From NCBI GenBank assembly GCA_965222225.1, contig CBDCTK010000002.1, positions 3,968,001 to 4,032,000 of the forward strand: 64,000 nucleotides of DNA, written 5' to 3'. Shown here one piece after another: positions 28,074-38,948 of the stretch (position 1 is its first letter; each line of letters starts with the position of its first letter). A model generated the notes under the pieces. That model made no database searches and had not been told where the DNA came from. It saw only the letters and a list, made by a program, of their open reading frames with translations. The position numbers were made by a program, and so were the translations under genes. The DNA comes from Candidatus Poribacteria bacterium. Its GTDB lineage: Bacteria > Poribacteria > WGA-4E > JAJDTR01.

Positions 28074-30277
28074 AGAATTTCTTGTGTTATTTGACAATCT
28101 GGAGTTGCGTTTTCGTTGTCGCCGCTTGGGGCGAGAGACCGCCGGAAGCGCTTGAGGAATCAATCATGGCGGTCGCGACAGATACATCGAGCGTTCAAGA
28201 GATGGACGTTCTTTCAAAAAAGCCGCACGAAGGGCTTGTGTTTCCCCCACTGAACCAACCTCAACCGCCCGTGCCTCAGAGGGTCGAATTGGACAACGGC
28301 ATGATCATTTATCTGTTGGAAGATCATGAGCTGCCCATTGTCGACATTTCGGCGCGAATTCGCACCGGGGCGATTTACGAGCCGGAAGACAAAATCGGAT
28401 TAGCCGCGATCGCCGGCGCCGTGATGCGTACCGGCGGAACCACCAGTAAAACGGGGGACGAGCTAGACGAGATTCTGGAGAATCTCGCCGCCTCCGTTGA
28501 AGTGGGGATAGGCGGTGATTCCGGGACGGCGTCAATGTCCGTACTGGAAGAAGATCTCGACACAGGCCTGGAAATCCTCGCGGACGTGCTGATGAATCCG
28601 GCGTTTCGGGAAGACAAAATCGACTTGGAAAAAGTTCAACATCGCAGCGGTATTGCCCGGCGAAATGATAATACCCGCAGTATCACGTCGAGAGAATTCC
28701 GGAAGCTAATCTACGGTGCGGACAGCCCGTATGCCCGCACAACGGAATACAACACCATCAACAGCATCACGCGGGATGACCTTGTCGCTTTCCACGCGAG
28801 GTATTTCCGCCCGAACAACACCATCTTGGGGGTGCTCGGGGACTTCGACTCCGAGGAGATACTCGGCAAAATTAGAGAGGCCTTCAAAGGGTGGCAGCCG
28901 AGGGAGATTGACCTTCCCGAAAAGCCCAAGGTGCCCGAGGGAATGGGGAGAAGAATCGCTTTGGTAACGAAAGACGACGTAAATCAGACGAACATCAGGA
29001 TGGGGCATGTCGGCTGGCTGCGCAGCAATGAGGATTACCCCGCCTTGGTCGTGGGGTGTCAAATCTTGGGAATTGGTTTCAGCAGCAGATTGGTGAACAG
29101 CATTCGAGTCGAAAAAGGATTGGCATATTCAGTAGGCAACAATTACGGCGCGGGCTACGATGTTCCCGGCGTTTTTCTTATCTCCTGCGGAACCAAGTCG
29201 GAGAGCACGGTTACGGCTACCGAGGCGATTCTGGCGGAAGTCGAACGGATGCGCGTCGAAGAGGTGTCGGACGAAGAGTTGAAGCAGGCGATTGATGGAT
29301 TCATGAACTCGTCCGTGTTTGACTACGATTCAAAGGGCGAGATCTTGTCGAGAGCCCTCCGATACGCGTATTATGATTACCCTCAAGATTTTGTCGAGCA
29401 ATTGATGGCGGGGATTCGGAATATCAAAAAATCGGACGTGAAGAGGGTTGTCGCCAAATATATGCATCCCGACCAATTCACTATCTTGGCGGTCGGCAAA
29501 GCGAGCGACTTCGAAAAGCCCCTTGATTCCTTGGGCGAGGTGGCCGAGATTGATATTACCATTCCGAGTCCATCGCCGGAGCCTGTGCCCGAAGCGGGTG
29601 AAGGCGATGTTGCCAAAGCGAGAGAGATCCTCGCCGCTGCCATTGACGCACACGGCGGGTTGGAGAATCTCAAGCAGGTGAAAACAATCGTGTCGATCGG
29701 AGAGATAGTTATGCATACGCCGGGCGGAGCGATGACGCTGGATGGAGAAGTTACCGTCGTGCTACCTAGCAAAGCACGATATGATGTGACTTTCCAAGGG
29801 ATGGGAATGACAATGAGTCGGGTTCTCGGTGAGCAATCGGCGTGGATGGCGTCTCCCCAAGGCACGCAAACGATGCCGGAAGTTTTTGCCGAGGAAGGCA
29901 GGAATGAACTTTTTCGACTGGATTCCCAGTTGCTTACCCATGTTTCCAATACCGATGCTGCCGTCCAATACCTCGGCGAAGAAGACGTAAACGGGAAAAT
30001 GGCAGATGCGGTTTTGGTTAGTGACACGCCCGCGGGTTCCATCAAACTCTTCATCGATCAGGAGTCAAAATATATCGTCAAGAAGGCGTTTCAGGCTTTG
30101 GGTCAACAGGGCGATCCCGTGCAGCGCGAGGAATTCCCCGGCGATTATCAAGACATCTCCGGAGTGAAGATTGCTTTTCATGTTGTCTCGATTGATAATG
30201 GCGAGAAAGCTGCCGAAGTGACCCTTAGCGAAGTGACAATCAACGCGGAAGTGGACGAATCAATTTTCGAGCAGTAG
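28070..30277 (+). CDS. M16 peptidase non-catalytic subunit with an extra C-terminal beta-rich domain
   Basis: EDHELP, SRL..IRVEKGLAYS, no HxxEH; about 220-aa extension beginning AIDAHGG. Confidence 0.88.
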   Translation: MKNFLCYLTIWSCVFVVAAWGERPPEALEESIMAVATDTSSVQEMDVLSKKPHEGLVFPPLNQPQPPVPQRVELDNGMIIYLLEDHELPIVDISARIRTGAIYEPEDKIGLAAIAGAVMRTGGTTSKTGDELDEILENLAASVEVGIGGDSGTASMSVLEEDLDTGLEILADVLMNPAFREDKIDLEKVQHRSGIARRNDNTRSITSREFRKLIYGADSPYARTTEYNTINSITRDDLVAFHARYFRPNNTILGVLGDFDSEEILGKIREAFKGWQPREIDLPEKPKVPEGMGRRIALVTKDDVNQTNIRMGHVGWLRSNEDYPALVVGCQILGIGFSSRLVNSIRVEKGLAYSVGNNYGAGYDVPGVFLISCGTKSESTVTATEAILAEVERMRVEEVSDEELKQAIDGFMNSSVFDYDSKGEILSRALRYAYYDYPQDFVEQLMAGIRNIKKSDVKRVVAKYMHPDQFTILAVGKASDFEKPLDSLGEVAEIDITIPSPSPEPVPEAGEGDVAKAREILAAAIDAHGGLENLKQVKTIVSIGEIVMHTPGGAMTLDGEVTVVLPSKARYDVTFQGMGMTMSRVLGEQSAWMASPQGTQTMPEVFAEEGRNELFRLDSQLLTHVSNTDAAVQYLGEEDVNGKMADAVLVSDTPAGSIKLFIDQESKYIVKKAFQALGQQGDPVQREEFPGDYQDISGVKIAFHVVSIDNGEKAAEVTLSEVTINAEVDESIFEQ

Positions 30278-30487
30278 CGCATTGTCGAAACTCGATTTTG
30301 TACATTTAAGCAGCACAACAGGCGATGGTAATCAAGCGTTAAAGAAAAGTAGGGAGTCTTTGATTTTCTCGGCTTTTTGCCAGTCCATTGAAAAAAGTCG
30401 CATCCGTAGACCAGAACCGGAGTCTCATCCAACCCCGTGCATCATCGGAATAAATCGCCAACGGTTTCTGATACCGTGCAGCCTGCC

Positions 30488-30610
30488 GGGATTTCTATCG
30501 CACTCACTACTCGCTCGCTTGATCGCCGCTGGCGCTTTCAAAGGCTGGTAAGAACTCTATCACATTCGCTATGGGACTTCTATCGCACTCACTATCCGTT
30601 CGTTCGATCC
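30488..30610 (-). repeat. GATCAA..GCGATAG units
   Basis: GATCAA GC GA GC GAGTA GT GA GT GCGATAG and GATCGA AC GA AC GGATA GT GA GT GCGATAG. Confidence 0.8.
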
Positions 30611-30782
30611 TACAACATCCTCCCCCAAACATCATTTCCCATTGCAACATTGGACTTAATCCTTTAACATTATAGTCGGGCGCACCCGCGAAGACGTGGG
30701 ATGAATTGCACTACTTAAGAATCGCGTACACCGCGAACTCCCTATTGCAATCCGAGTGCGTAAATCCAATGGTACCCTTCCA

Positions 30783-31901
30783 ATGCAAGTTGATGTTAAA
30801 CCCATCCGGTCTCCATCAGATCTGAAAGCGTTCATCGAGTTGCCTTGGCAAATTTATCGCAACAACGCGCAGTGGGTGCCGCAATTGCGCAGCCAACTCA
30901 AGGAACGGCTTAGCCGATCGACATCCCCGGTTTTTGATTACGCCGAGGTGGAGTTTTTCCTTGCTCGGCAGAATGGCAGTGTCGTCGGACGAATTGCCGC
31001 AATCAAAAACGAGAATCATATCATCTTCCATGACGAACGTGTGGGGTTCTTCGGGTTCTTTGAGTGTATTCAGGATCAACCTGTGGCGGATGCACTGTTT
31101 ACCAAGGCTGCCGACTGGCTGAAAAGCCGATATCTCAACGTGATGCGCGGTCCGACGAGCTACTCGACCAACGGCGAGTGTGGACTACTCATCGACGGAT
31201 TCGACTTCTCACCGGCAATCATGATGTCGTACAATCTACCGTATTACAGCGATCTCGTTGAGGGGTTCGGGATCAAGAAGACAAAAGACCTGTTAGCCTA
31301 CGAGGTTACGGATGAGGCATTCGCTCCGGATCGGCTGGGCAAAATCGTTGAGCGCATCAAGAGGCGAAGAAAGGTTGTGGTGCGTCCGCTTGAAAAGAAA
31401 CAGATTGATCGAGAAATCGAACGCATCCGAGAAATCTATAATTCCGCATGGGAGAGGAATTGGGGGTTTGTACCGATGACCGATCGGGAGATTGATTATC
31501 TGGCGGACGAACTCATCCAGATTGTTGACCCCGATATTGTGCTGTTTGCCGAAGTCGAGGACGAACCGATTGCCTTCATCCTTGCCCTGCCCGACTTTAA
31601 TCAAGCGCTGAGACATGCCAATGGACGCCTATTTCCACTCGGCTTGTTCAAGATCCTCTGGCACGCTCGAAAGATTAAAGATGCCCGCATGGTGGCGTTT
31701 GGCGTCAAGGAGTCGCACCGCCAGCAGGGCATTGATGCGCTCCTATACTATGAAGCCTTTCAAGCAAGCGTCAAGAAGGGTTACCGCCGCGCAGAGTTGT
31801 CGTGGATTTTGGAAGACAACCGTCTCATGAACCGAGCGCTCGAAACCATGGGAGCCAAAATCCATAAGCGCTATCGGCTCTACGATTATCCGCTTGTTTG
31901 A
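30783..31901 (+). CDS. GNAT N-acetyltransferase (YghO-like)
   Basis: FIELPWQIY, VGRIAA, GFFGFFEC, AWERNWGFVP, ELSWILEDN. Confidence 0.85.
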   Translation: MQVDVKPIRSPSDLKAFIELPWQIYRNNAQWVPQLRSQLKERLSRSTSPVFDYAEVEFFLARQNGSVVGRIAAIKNENHIIFHDERVGFFGFFECIQDQPVADALFTKAADWLKSRYLNVMRGPTSYSTNGECGLLIDGFDFSPAIMMSYNLPYYSDLVEGFGIKKTKDLLAYEVTDEAFAPDRLGKIVERIKRRRKVVVRPLEKKQIDREIERIREIYNSAWERNWGFVPMTDREIDYLADELIQIVDPDIVLFAEVEDEPIAFILALPDFNQALRHANGRLFPLGLFKILWHARKIKDARMVAFGVKESHRQQGIDALLYYEAFQASVKKGYRRAELSWILEDNRLMNRALETMGAKIHKRYRLYDYPLV

Positions 31902-31959
31902 GAAGGGGCAACTGGACAAATCTACGAAGTGACGTGGACATTACGGAACTCGCGATCCA

Positions 31960-32829
31960 ATGAACGCAATAAAGACAGATTTTTACCTTGGCGATTGCCT
32001 AGAGGTACTCTCAAAATTTGATACCGACTCGTTTGACCTGATCGTTACCTCGCCGCCGTATGCCGACAGACGCTCAAAAACGTACGGCGGAATCAAACCG
32101 GATCAGTATGTCGAGTGGTTCTTGCCTCGAGCCGCGGAGTTCCTGAGGGTATTAAAGCCGTCCGGCACCTTCATCTTGAACATCAAGGAGAAAGCCGTTA
32201 ACGGCGAACGCCATACCTACGTTATTGAGTTGATACTTGAGATGAAAAAGCAGGGCTGGTTGTGGACGGAGGAATTCGTTTGGCACAAGAAGAATTGCTA
32301 TCCGGGAAAATGGCCAAATCGGTTCAGAGATGCTTGGGAAAGGTGCATACAATTCAATAAGACCAAAGAGTTCAATATGTACCAAGAGGCAGTAATGGTG
32401 CCGATGGGAGATTGGGCGGAAAAAAGACTGAAGCATCTCAGCGAAGTCGATCAGAGTCGGGATACGTCGAAAGTCGGGAGCGGTTTCGGCAAGAACGTTT
32501 CAAATTGGGTTGACAGGAAGATGGCTTACCCGACAAACGTGCTGCACTTGGCGACAGAAACGGGCAATCGAAATCACAGCGCGGTTTTTCCCAAATCGTT
32601 GCCTGAATGGTTTATCAAACTCTTTACGAAGGAAGACGATTGGGTGCTTGACCCGTTTGCGGGCGCTGGCACGACGTGTCAGGTCGCTCAGACATTGTTA
32701 AGAAATTCTACCGGTATTGAGATTTTGCCCCAATACTACCAATTAGCTAAAGACAATATCAAACCGACACAATACCTGTTATTTGAAGAGACCCAAGATG
32801 AAACCCATTACACAACAGGAAATCGTTGA
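31960..32829 (+). CDS. Site-specific DNA amino-methyltransferase (beta class, probably N4-C)
   Basis: TSPPY precedes DPFAGAGTT. Confidence 0.92.
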   Translation: MNAIKTDFYLGDCLEVLSKFDTDSFDLIVTSPPYADRRSKTYGGIKPDQYVEWFLPRAAEFLRVLKPSGTFILNIKEKAVNGERHTYVIELILEMKKQGWLWTEEFVWHKKNCYPGKWPNRFRDAWERCIQFNKTKEFNMYQEAVMVPMGDWAEKRLKHLSEVDQSRDTSKVGSGFGKNVSNWVDRKMAYPTNVLHLATETGNRNHSAVFPKSLPEWFIKLFTKEDDWVLDPFAGAGTTCQVAQTLLRNSTGIEILPQYYQLAKDNIKPTQYLLFEETQDETHYTTGNR

Positions 32830-33532
32830 CTACGTTGAGGCGAACATTCAGACGTTTCACCGGAGAAGGTTAGATAAACTTCAAGAATTGAAGTTGATGG
32901 ATGTCGTCAAACGGAAAAACCCCTATCTATTCAAAGCGAAAAACATTAACGCGGCGTCGGAATATGTGAAGACGATCCTAGACGCTTTTCTATCTTCGCA
33001 AGAAGAGGGGATTTTTGGCGGGTTTCTGGAAGAACTTGCGGTTTTCATTTGTGCACAGGTATATGGTGGTCGGAAGTCCTCTGCAGTGGGGATTGATTTA
33101 GAATTTGAGAAAGACGATAAAAGGTACATTGTATCAATCAAATCCGGCCCCAATTGGGGAAACAGCAGCCAAATCGCCAAGATGCTGGATAATTTCGGGA
33201 AGGCAAAACGGATCCTCAGAACAAATACATCATTGATTAACGTTATCGCTGTCAATGGCTGTTGCTACGGGAAAAATCAGGTTCAGGATAAGGGCGACTA
33301 TTTGAAGTTGTGCGGACAGCGGTTCTGGGAATTCATCTCGGGAGATGACAACCTATACACCGACATCATTGAACCCCTTGGGCATCGAGCCAAAGAGAAA
33401 AATGAGCAGTTTGGTCAAGAGTATGACAAAGTCCTCAACAGGTTTACGGGCGAATTCATCACGGCATTCTGCGACGCTGACGGCAGCATTCGCTGGGAAG
33501 ATATTGTCAAGATGAATTCAGCATCAGCGTGA
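32798..33532 (+). CDS. Type II restriction endonuclease (PmeII/EcoO109I-like)
   Basis: KRKNPYLF, GIDLEF..IVSIKSGPNWGNS, GQRFWEFISGD; overlaps the MTase gene. Confidence 0.8.
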   Translation: MKPITQQEIVDYVEANIQTFHRRRLDKLQELKLMDVVKRKNPYLFKAKNINAASEYVKTILDAFLSSQEEGIFGGFLEELAVFICAQVYGGRKSSAVGIDLEFEKDDKRYIVSIKSGPNWGNSSQIAKMLDNFGKAKRILRTNTSLINVIAVNGCCYGKNQVQDKGDYLKLCGQRFWEFISGDDNLYTDIIEPLGHRAKEKNEQFGQEYDKVLNRFTGEFITAFCDADGSIRWEDIVKMNSASA

Positions 33533-33698
33533 TTAGGTGAACTTACCCCAAAAACTAGCAGGTTAAATCAGATGAATTTCCGACTGGCATATTAATAATC
33601 ACTTAGGCGACAATATGGCTCAGGAACGCCAAGTAGAAGAAAGAGGGACATCTGATCCATTAGACAACATAATTTAGAAAGGTACTTCGAGCGAAATC

Positions 33699-33896
33699 AT
33701 GGCAAATCAGCACGCGGACTCTACACGAACCGAAGATAAATACAAATCCTTGCCCTGCTACAACGAAGAAGACATCCTTTACTGGAATATTGCAATTGAA
33801 AAACCGCCACCTCGTCCATCCGGCACCATACATGTTAAGCTAAAATACAAAGGACGCAGTAAACCAATTCCTGTCGACGACTTTTGGGAAGAATAA
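33699..33896 (+). CDS. Small hypothetical protein
   Basis: 65-aa ORF ..PPPRPSGTIHVKLKYKGRSKPIP. Confidence 0.5.
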   Translation: MANQHADSTRTEDKYKSLPCYNEEDILYWNIAIEKPPPRPSGTIHVKLKYKGRSKPIPVDDFWEE

Positions 33897-34314
33897 CATC
33901 CCAGTCACCTCCAAAAGAGAAAACGATGCGGCTTGCTCCTCAATTCCAACGTCAAGAATCGGAGGAGGGTTTGAAGCGCGTCCGCTCCTTCCGAGCCGAA
34001 ATCTGTGTAATCCGAGTAATCCGTTTAATCCGTGATTCAGACAATTACCAAAAAGCCTGGCGTGACATCTTCAATTGCCATTTCCACGATTCCTTTTCTT
34101 TGGTCTTTTCTAGCCACTGACCACCGGACGCCCACCACTGACTGTTTACCCCTTGACCAACCCCCTGAAATTGCTATAATATCAACATCTCTTTCGGTAG
34201 TCGACATGTACAATTCTCAAATTGCGGCGGTATATTGAGCATGATTTTTAGCTGAACTCCCGTCCCGAATATGAGGGCCCATTACAATAACCCCACCACC
34301 CCACCAGACATCTT

Positions 34315-36231
34315 GTGCAACCTAGCCCCCCTACAACCCCTCCACACATCGGCGCGTCATGGCGAGCTATCATCGTTGGCGCGCTGCTGATCATTCCAAA
34401 CGTATACTGGGTTACAGATTCGGCAGAGCAGGGCGATCCGACCACGGTCTCACTATACTTTAATGTCGTATTCTGCATTTTCATCATCACTTGCCTAAAC
34501 GCTCTACTTGCGCGAATCCACTCGGCCGTGGCGCTCAAACCGGGCGAACTGGTGACCATCTATGCGATGTTGGCGATCGCCTCGTCGCTGGCGGGGCACG
34601 ATCTGCTTAGCGGCTTAATCCCGATGATTCCCCACCCCTTCTGGTATGCCACGCCAGAAAATGACTGGGCGGCGCTGTTTCACCGCCACATCCCGGATTG
34701 GCTCGCCGTTAAAGACAAAGCGTTCTTAACGGACTATTACCGCGGGGAATCCAGTTTTTATCATTGGGAGGTGATACGGGGATGGCTGATAACAACAATC
34801 ACGTGGGGGAGTTTCGTATGCGTCCTGTTATTCCTGATGGTTTGCATCAACAGCATAATTCGAAGGCAGTGGATTGAAACCGAGAAACTTTCGTACCCGA
34901 TCATTCAACTCCCGCTCGCGCTTTCAACGGGACGAGAAACCTCAAGTATCCTAACCAGTAGAATGTTGTGGATTGGGTTTTGTACCGCTGGCGCGGTTGA
35001 CCTTCTCAATGGTCTGCATTTTCTCTATCCCGCGTTGCCCTCTTTGGGCGGGAAAGTGTATGACATCGGCACGCTGTTCACCGAAAAACCGTGGAGCGCA
35101 ATCGGCTGGACACCCGTGGCGGTTTATCCATTTGCCGTTGGATTGGCATCCTTTATTCCGTTGGATCTTTCGTTCTCCTGTTGGTTCTTTTATCTCTTTT
35201 GGAAAGTGGTCATAGTCTACGATGACGCGGCGAAGATGCTGCCGAATAATGCACTTACTTACCAAACCTTCGGGACGTGCATAGGACTCGCCATGATTGC
35301 GCTTTATGTGACCCGACGACATCTCGCGCTAGCGATACGGAAGGCTGTTACAAATGACAGTTCGCTTGATGATTCAAATGAACCGATGTCGTACCGCACC
35401 GCGACACTCGGAACCGTTGCGGGGATGCTATTTATCATGCTGTTCTGCAACGCCGCGGGAATGTCGATTTGGGTGGTGATGGTGTTCTTTGGCACCTACT
35501 ACGCCATCTCGATAGCCGTGACCCGCATGAGGGCGGAGCTCGGCGCCCCGGTACACGAACTGCTTTATATTGGCCCCGACGAGATTATGCCCGCCATGTT
35601 CGGCGCCCGCGCACTCGGTCCCCAAAACTTGACCATCTCCGCCTTCTTCTATTCCTTCAATCGTGCGTACCGTGGCCACCCCATGCCGCATCAACTCGAG
35701 GGGTTCAAACTTGCCGAACGAACCGGAACAAACAACCGTCGCTTACTAATCGCGATGCTCATTGCAATTGTTGCAGGGACGCTTGCCACATTCTGGGCGT
35801 TCTACCATATCTCTTATATCAAGGGCGTCGAAGGCTTACGGGACTGGTTGGCATACGACACCTTTCATCGCCTCGAAAGCTGGCTGGGTTGGCCCTACCA
35901 ACAATTCGCCGATTTCCCCGCGATAATTGCGATGGTGCTCGGTTTCATCAGTACCTTGTTCCTGATGTTTATGCGAATGCGTTTCTTATGGTGGCCCTTT
36001 CATCCCGCAGGCTACGTCATGTCCTACAGTCGGTCAATGGATGTGTTATGGTTCTCAATCCTCATTAGTTCCGGTATCAAATGGATTCTTTTGAAGCATG
36101 GAGGCAGGAGAACATACCGAAAACTGATTCCATTTTTTCTAGGGCTGATATTGGGCGAGTTCGTCATTGGAAGCCTGTGGAGCCTTATCGGAATTATCGT
36201 GCAACGTCCGATGTACCGATTTCTTTACTGA
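34315..36231 (+). CDS. DUF6785/DUF6784-type multi-pass membrane protein (putative transporter)
   Basis: Many TM helices; RRQWIETEKLSYPIIQLP, WWPFHPAGY, FFLGLILGEF. Confidence 0.8.
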   Translation: MQPSPPTTPPHIGASWRAIIVGALLIIPNVYWVTDSAEQGDPTTVSLYFNVVFCIFIITCLNALLARIHSAVALKPGELVTIYAMLAIASSLAGHDLLSGLIPMIPHPFWYATPENDWAALFHRHIPDWLAVKDKAFLTDYYRGESSFYHWEVIRGWLITTITWGSFVCVLLFLMVCINSIIRRQWIETEKLSYPIIQLPLALSTGRETSSILTSRMLWIGFCTAGAVDLLNGLHFLYPALPSLGGKVYDIGTLFTEKPWSAIGWTPVAVYPFAVGLASFIPLDLSFSCWFFYLFWKVVIVYDDAAKMLPNNALTYQTFGTCIGLAMIALYVTRRHLALAIRKAVTNDSSLDDSNEPMSYRTATLGTVAGMLFIMLFCNAAGMSIWVVMVFFGTYYAISIAVTRMRAELGAPVHELLYIGPDEIMPAMFGARALGPQNLTISAFFYSFNRAYRGHPMPHQLEGFKLAERTGTNNRRLLIAMLIAIVAGTLATFWAFYHISYIKGVEGLRDWLAYDTFHRLESWLGWPYQQFADFPAIIAMVLGFISTLFLMFMRMRFLWWPFHPAGYVMSYSRSMDVLWFSILISSGIKWILLKHGGRRTYRKLIPFFLGLILGEFVIGSLWSLIGIIVQRPMYRFLY

Positions 36232-36540
36232 TGCAATGAAACTCGACGGCAGGACATGGGACATAGCCAACCGTGTTGTTCAGGGGACAGATTGGCATTT
36301 TTCGCTTGCCTGCACCACGCTCTCTATTATATACTCTGTGCTCAACATGAGGTGGATACCTAGCCAACAGGTTAGTTGTGCACTCGTTCTTGACGTCAGC
36401 CTACAGCCATGGCAATCTTCCAGCCCATTTACCTACGTTAGATGGACTTGGTACATTTGTAGGGTGGCACTGCCCACCAGCCTCTAATATCCCCGGAGCG
36501 AGATTAAGCGACGAATAAATCAACCGAGCGAATAACAAGG

Positions 36541-36590
36541 GATCAACTGACTGGATAAGGAAGGCGATAGAAAATCCTGATAGAAATCCT
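36541..36590 (+). repeat. GATCAA..GCGATAG hairpin unit
   Basis: GATCAA CT GA CT GGATA AG GA AG GCGATAG plus a duplicated tail. Confidence 0.85.
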
Positions 36591-36665
36591 CAAGGTGTAT
36601 AGCAACACAATCGATCGGGAGTGGCTTTGCTACATATATTTCAACTAGGCTCGTGAGAATCTAAC

Positions 36666-37520
36666 ATGGTACTCAAAAAAGCAAATTTCATTCTCAGCGC
36701 CGTATTATTCCTAGTCGTTGGAGTTTCAACAACGCTCGGTTATGTCCCCGACCCCCAGCTCTGGTTCGACGCAAGTGACAATCCTGATCATCCGGAGGCG
36801 TGGACAAACCTTGGCACCGCCGGAGGAAAGTTAGTCGCTAGCGCCAAGGGCGTCCCCGTGCTTGAACCGCATGCCGGACCGGATGGTGGTCCCGCTTATA
36901 CAGCCAAAAAGGAGGGGCAAAGCTACGGAAAAAATGCGTGGGGATTACTCCACCCCGACATCACGCCCGCGCCACGAATTGAGAATTGGACAATTGAAGT
37001 CTGGTTGAAACGTGAAGGCCCCGCATTCGACAATGCTGAGCACCAGATTCTCGGCATTATGGATACCCCGCCGTGGCCCAGGCAAGCCGTTCTTTTCTTC
37101 TTCGAACAACCCAACAATAACAGAATTTTCTTGGCAGTTATCGGAAGGGAGCCGGTCAACGACGATCAGCGCGTTGTCACCAACATTGACGTAGGCTTAA
37201 AGGAATGGCATCAGATAGCCTTCACATACGACAACGATCGAGGTGAGCTTCAATCCTTTATTGACGGCAAACAGGTCGGACGTTCAACAAAATTTCGGCA
37301 GAAGTTCAGCCCGGAGAGCGAAATGAAGAATAACTCCATATTCACCACCGAATTTGGGAAGCGTGCGCTAAACGGCTCGATTAGTCTTGTCAGAATGTAC
37401 GACCGGCAGTTGAGCGAAGAGGAAATCCACGAGAACTTTGTACAACCCAGGATACCCCAAGCTGTCTCGTTGAGCGGAAAACTGGCAACAATCTGGGGAA
37501 GCGTCAAGGCGGCCCCATAG
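36666..37520 (+). CDS. Secreted LamG-like jellyroll protein
   Basis: Signal peptide, WTIEVWLK, WHQIAFTYD, VRMYDRQLS, C-terminal GKLATIWGSVK. Confidence 0.85.
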   Translation: MVLKKANFILSAVLFLVVGVSTTLGYVPDPQLWFDASDNPDHPEAWTNLGTAGGKLVASAKGVPVLEPHAGPDGGPAYTAKKEGQSYGKNAWGLLHPDITPAPRIENWTIEVWLKREGPAFDNAEHQILGIMDTPPWPRQAVLFFFEQPNNNRIFLAVIGREPVNDDQRVVTNIDVGLKEWHQIAFTYDNDRGELQSFIDGKQVGRSTKFRQKFSPESEMKNNSIFTTEFGKRALNGSISLVRMYDRQLSEEEIHENFVQPRIPQAVSLSGKLATIWGSVKAAP

Positions 37521-37773
37521 CACCATTTGTCTGTGATTTGGAAACATAACTCACCGGTTCTATCGTATGCGTGTTTCAACAAGCTAACGCATGAAAGGAG
37601 GTAGAATCAAGCAGATAGTTTTTAGGTCTACGAGCCTGAAACACCCGCCCGCATGTAAGCGGTACGGATAGTTATTTTCAACCTTTTTCAATAATTCAAC
37701 CTTCCACTCATCTGCAAAGAGAAGCGGATAAAATTTATAACTCAATACTGTGATTGAAACTAGCAGGAAAAAA

Positions 37774-38613
37774 ATGAGAAGAGTGGTCGCAATGTGTTGC
37801 ATGGTCTTTTTCATGACAGTTACTTGCATTATCGGGGTCAGTCAGGCGGATATGGTAATAGATCTTGATGCCTCCAATAACCCGGACCATCCAAACGCTT
37901 GGACAAACTTGGGTACCGCTGGCGGTGCCTTTCTGGGGAACGACGACCCCCCCGCGCTTGAAGAGGGCACAATCGAAATCCCGGCGCTCGGGTACGTTCA
38001 GCCAAACGCGAAATACTACACCGCGAAGGCAACCCGTCAAATTTGGGGCGGCCCCGTGGGCGCGAATCCGGAAGTGAAGGTGACGCACTGGAGTTTTGAG
38101 TTCATCGTTAAGCGCAACGGCGAAGGGTTTGACCCGGAGCATCAGTTTTTTGGATTCCATAGCTCCGAGCCGCTATGGGGCGGTACCTATATGTCCATAT
38201 CCGATGGTAGCACACTCTGGTTTGCGCATCCGCCCCCCCATGTCGGACCGGCGGTGGAGGATGTAGAGGAATGGTGGCGCGGTTCTGAAGATTACGGACT
38301 CAGGCTCAATCAAGGCGAGTGGACCTGGATCGTGATTACAAGCAATGAGGATACCTTCCGAGTCTATCAAGATGGTGTGGAAATTGCCAAAGACACCCCT
38401 CTTCCCTTCGACGGCGATAACGCTATAGATGACATCGCCATAGGCGCGGGAATGTATGAGGAACGCGCGCGCAACTTCAACGGCTCATTTTCCTTGGTTC
38501 GAGTTTATAACCGGGCGCTGAGCGCGGATGAGGTTCAGCTTGGGCCTGCCACTGCCGTGGAATCCGTCGGCAAGTTAACGACGACCTGGGGCAAAGTCAA
38601 GGCGACCTATTAG
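37774..38613 (+). CDS. Secreted LamG-like jellyroll protein (paralog)
   Basis: Shares DASxNPDHPxAWTNLGTAGG with the upstream gene; C-terminal GKLTTTWGKVK. Confidence 0.85.
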   Translation: MRRVVAMCCMVFFMTVTCIIGVSQADMVIDLDASNNPDHPNAWTNLGTAGGAFLGNDDPPALEEGTIEIPALGYVQPNAKYYTAKATRQIWGGPVGANPEVKVTHWSFEFIVKRNGEGFDPEHQFFGFHSSEPLWGGTYMSISDGSTLWFAHPPPHVGPAVEDVEEWWRGSEDYGLRLNQGEWTWIVITSNEDTFRVYQDGVEIAKDTPLPFDGDNAIDDIAIGAGMYEERARNFNGSFSLVRVYNRALSADEVQLGPATAVESVGKLTTTWGKVKATY

Positions 38614-38711
38614 AACCGGTTTGAAAAGTCATTTTGAGTAGAATCATGGGTCTCGAAACCGAGTGTTTTCTTCAAAACTAGGTTTCTTTCTCGCACAATC
38701 CTGTAGGGTGC

Positions 38712-38741
38712 GATCAACCGAGTGGATAACGAGGGCGATAG
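38712..38741 (+). repeat. GATCAA..GCGATAG hairpin unit in a REP
   Basis: GATCAA CC GA GT GGATA AC GA GG GCGATAG directly after GTAGGGTGC. Confidence 0.85.
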
Positions 38742-38948
38742 TGATGCCCTCCCCGCCCAATAGGGACTAAGTTAAGGGTTTTTCGACGGAAAACCCCACA
38801 AATACCAGACGAACTCTCTTAGGTTGATCCTTACGGGGGACGGCGCCTGTGTCGTCCCATTATTAGCTAACCAAGGTGACAATAGAGAAACTCAAATTGG
38901 CGGCTTGCGACACGGTAAAACTACGTAAAAGAGATTAATCATACACTC

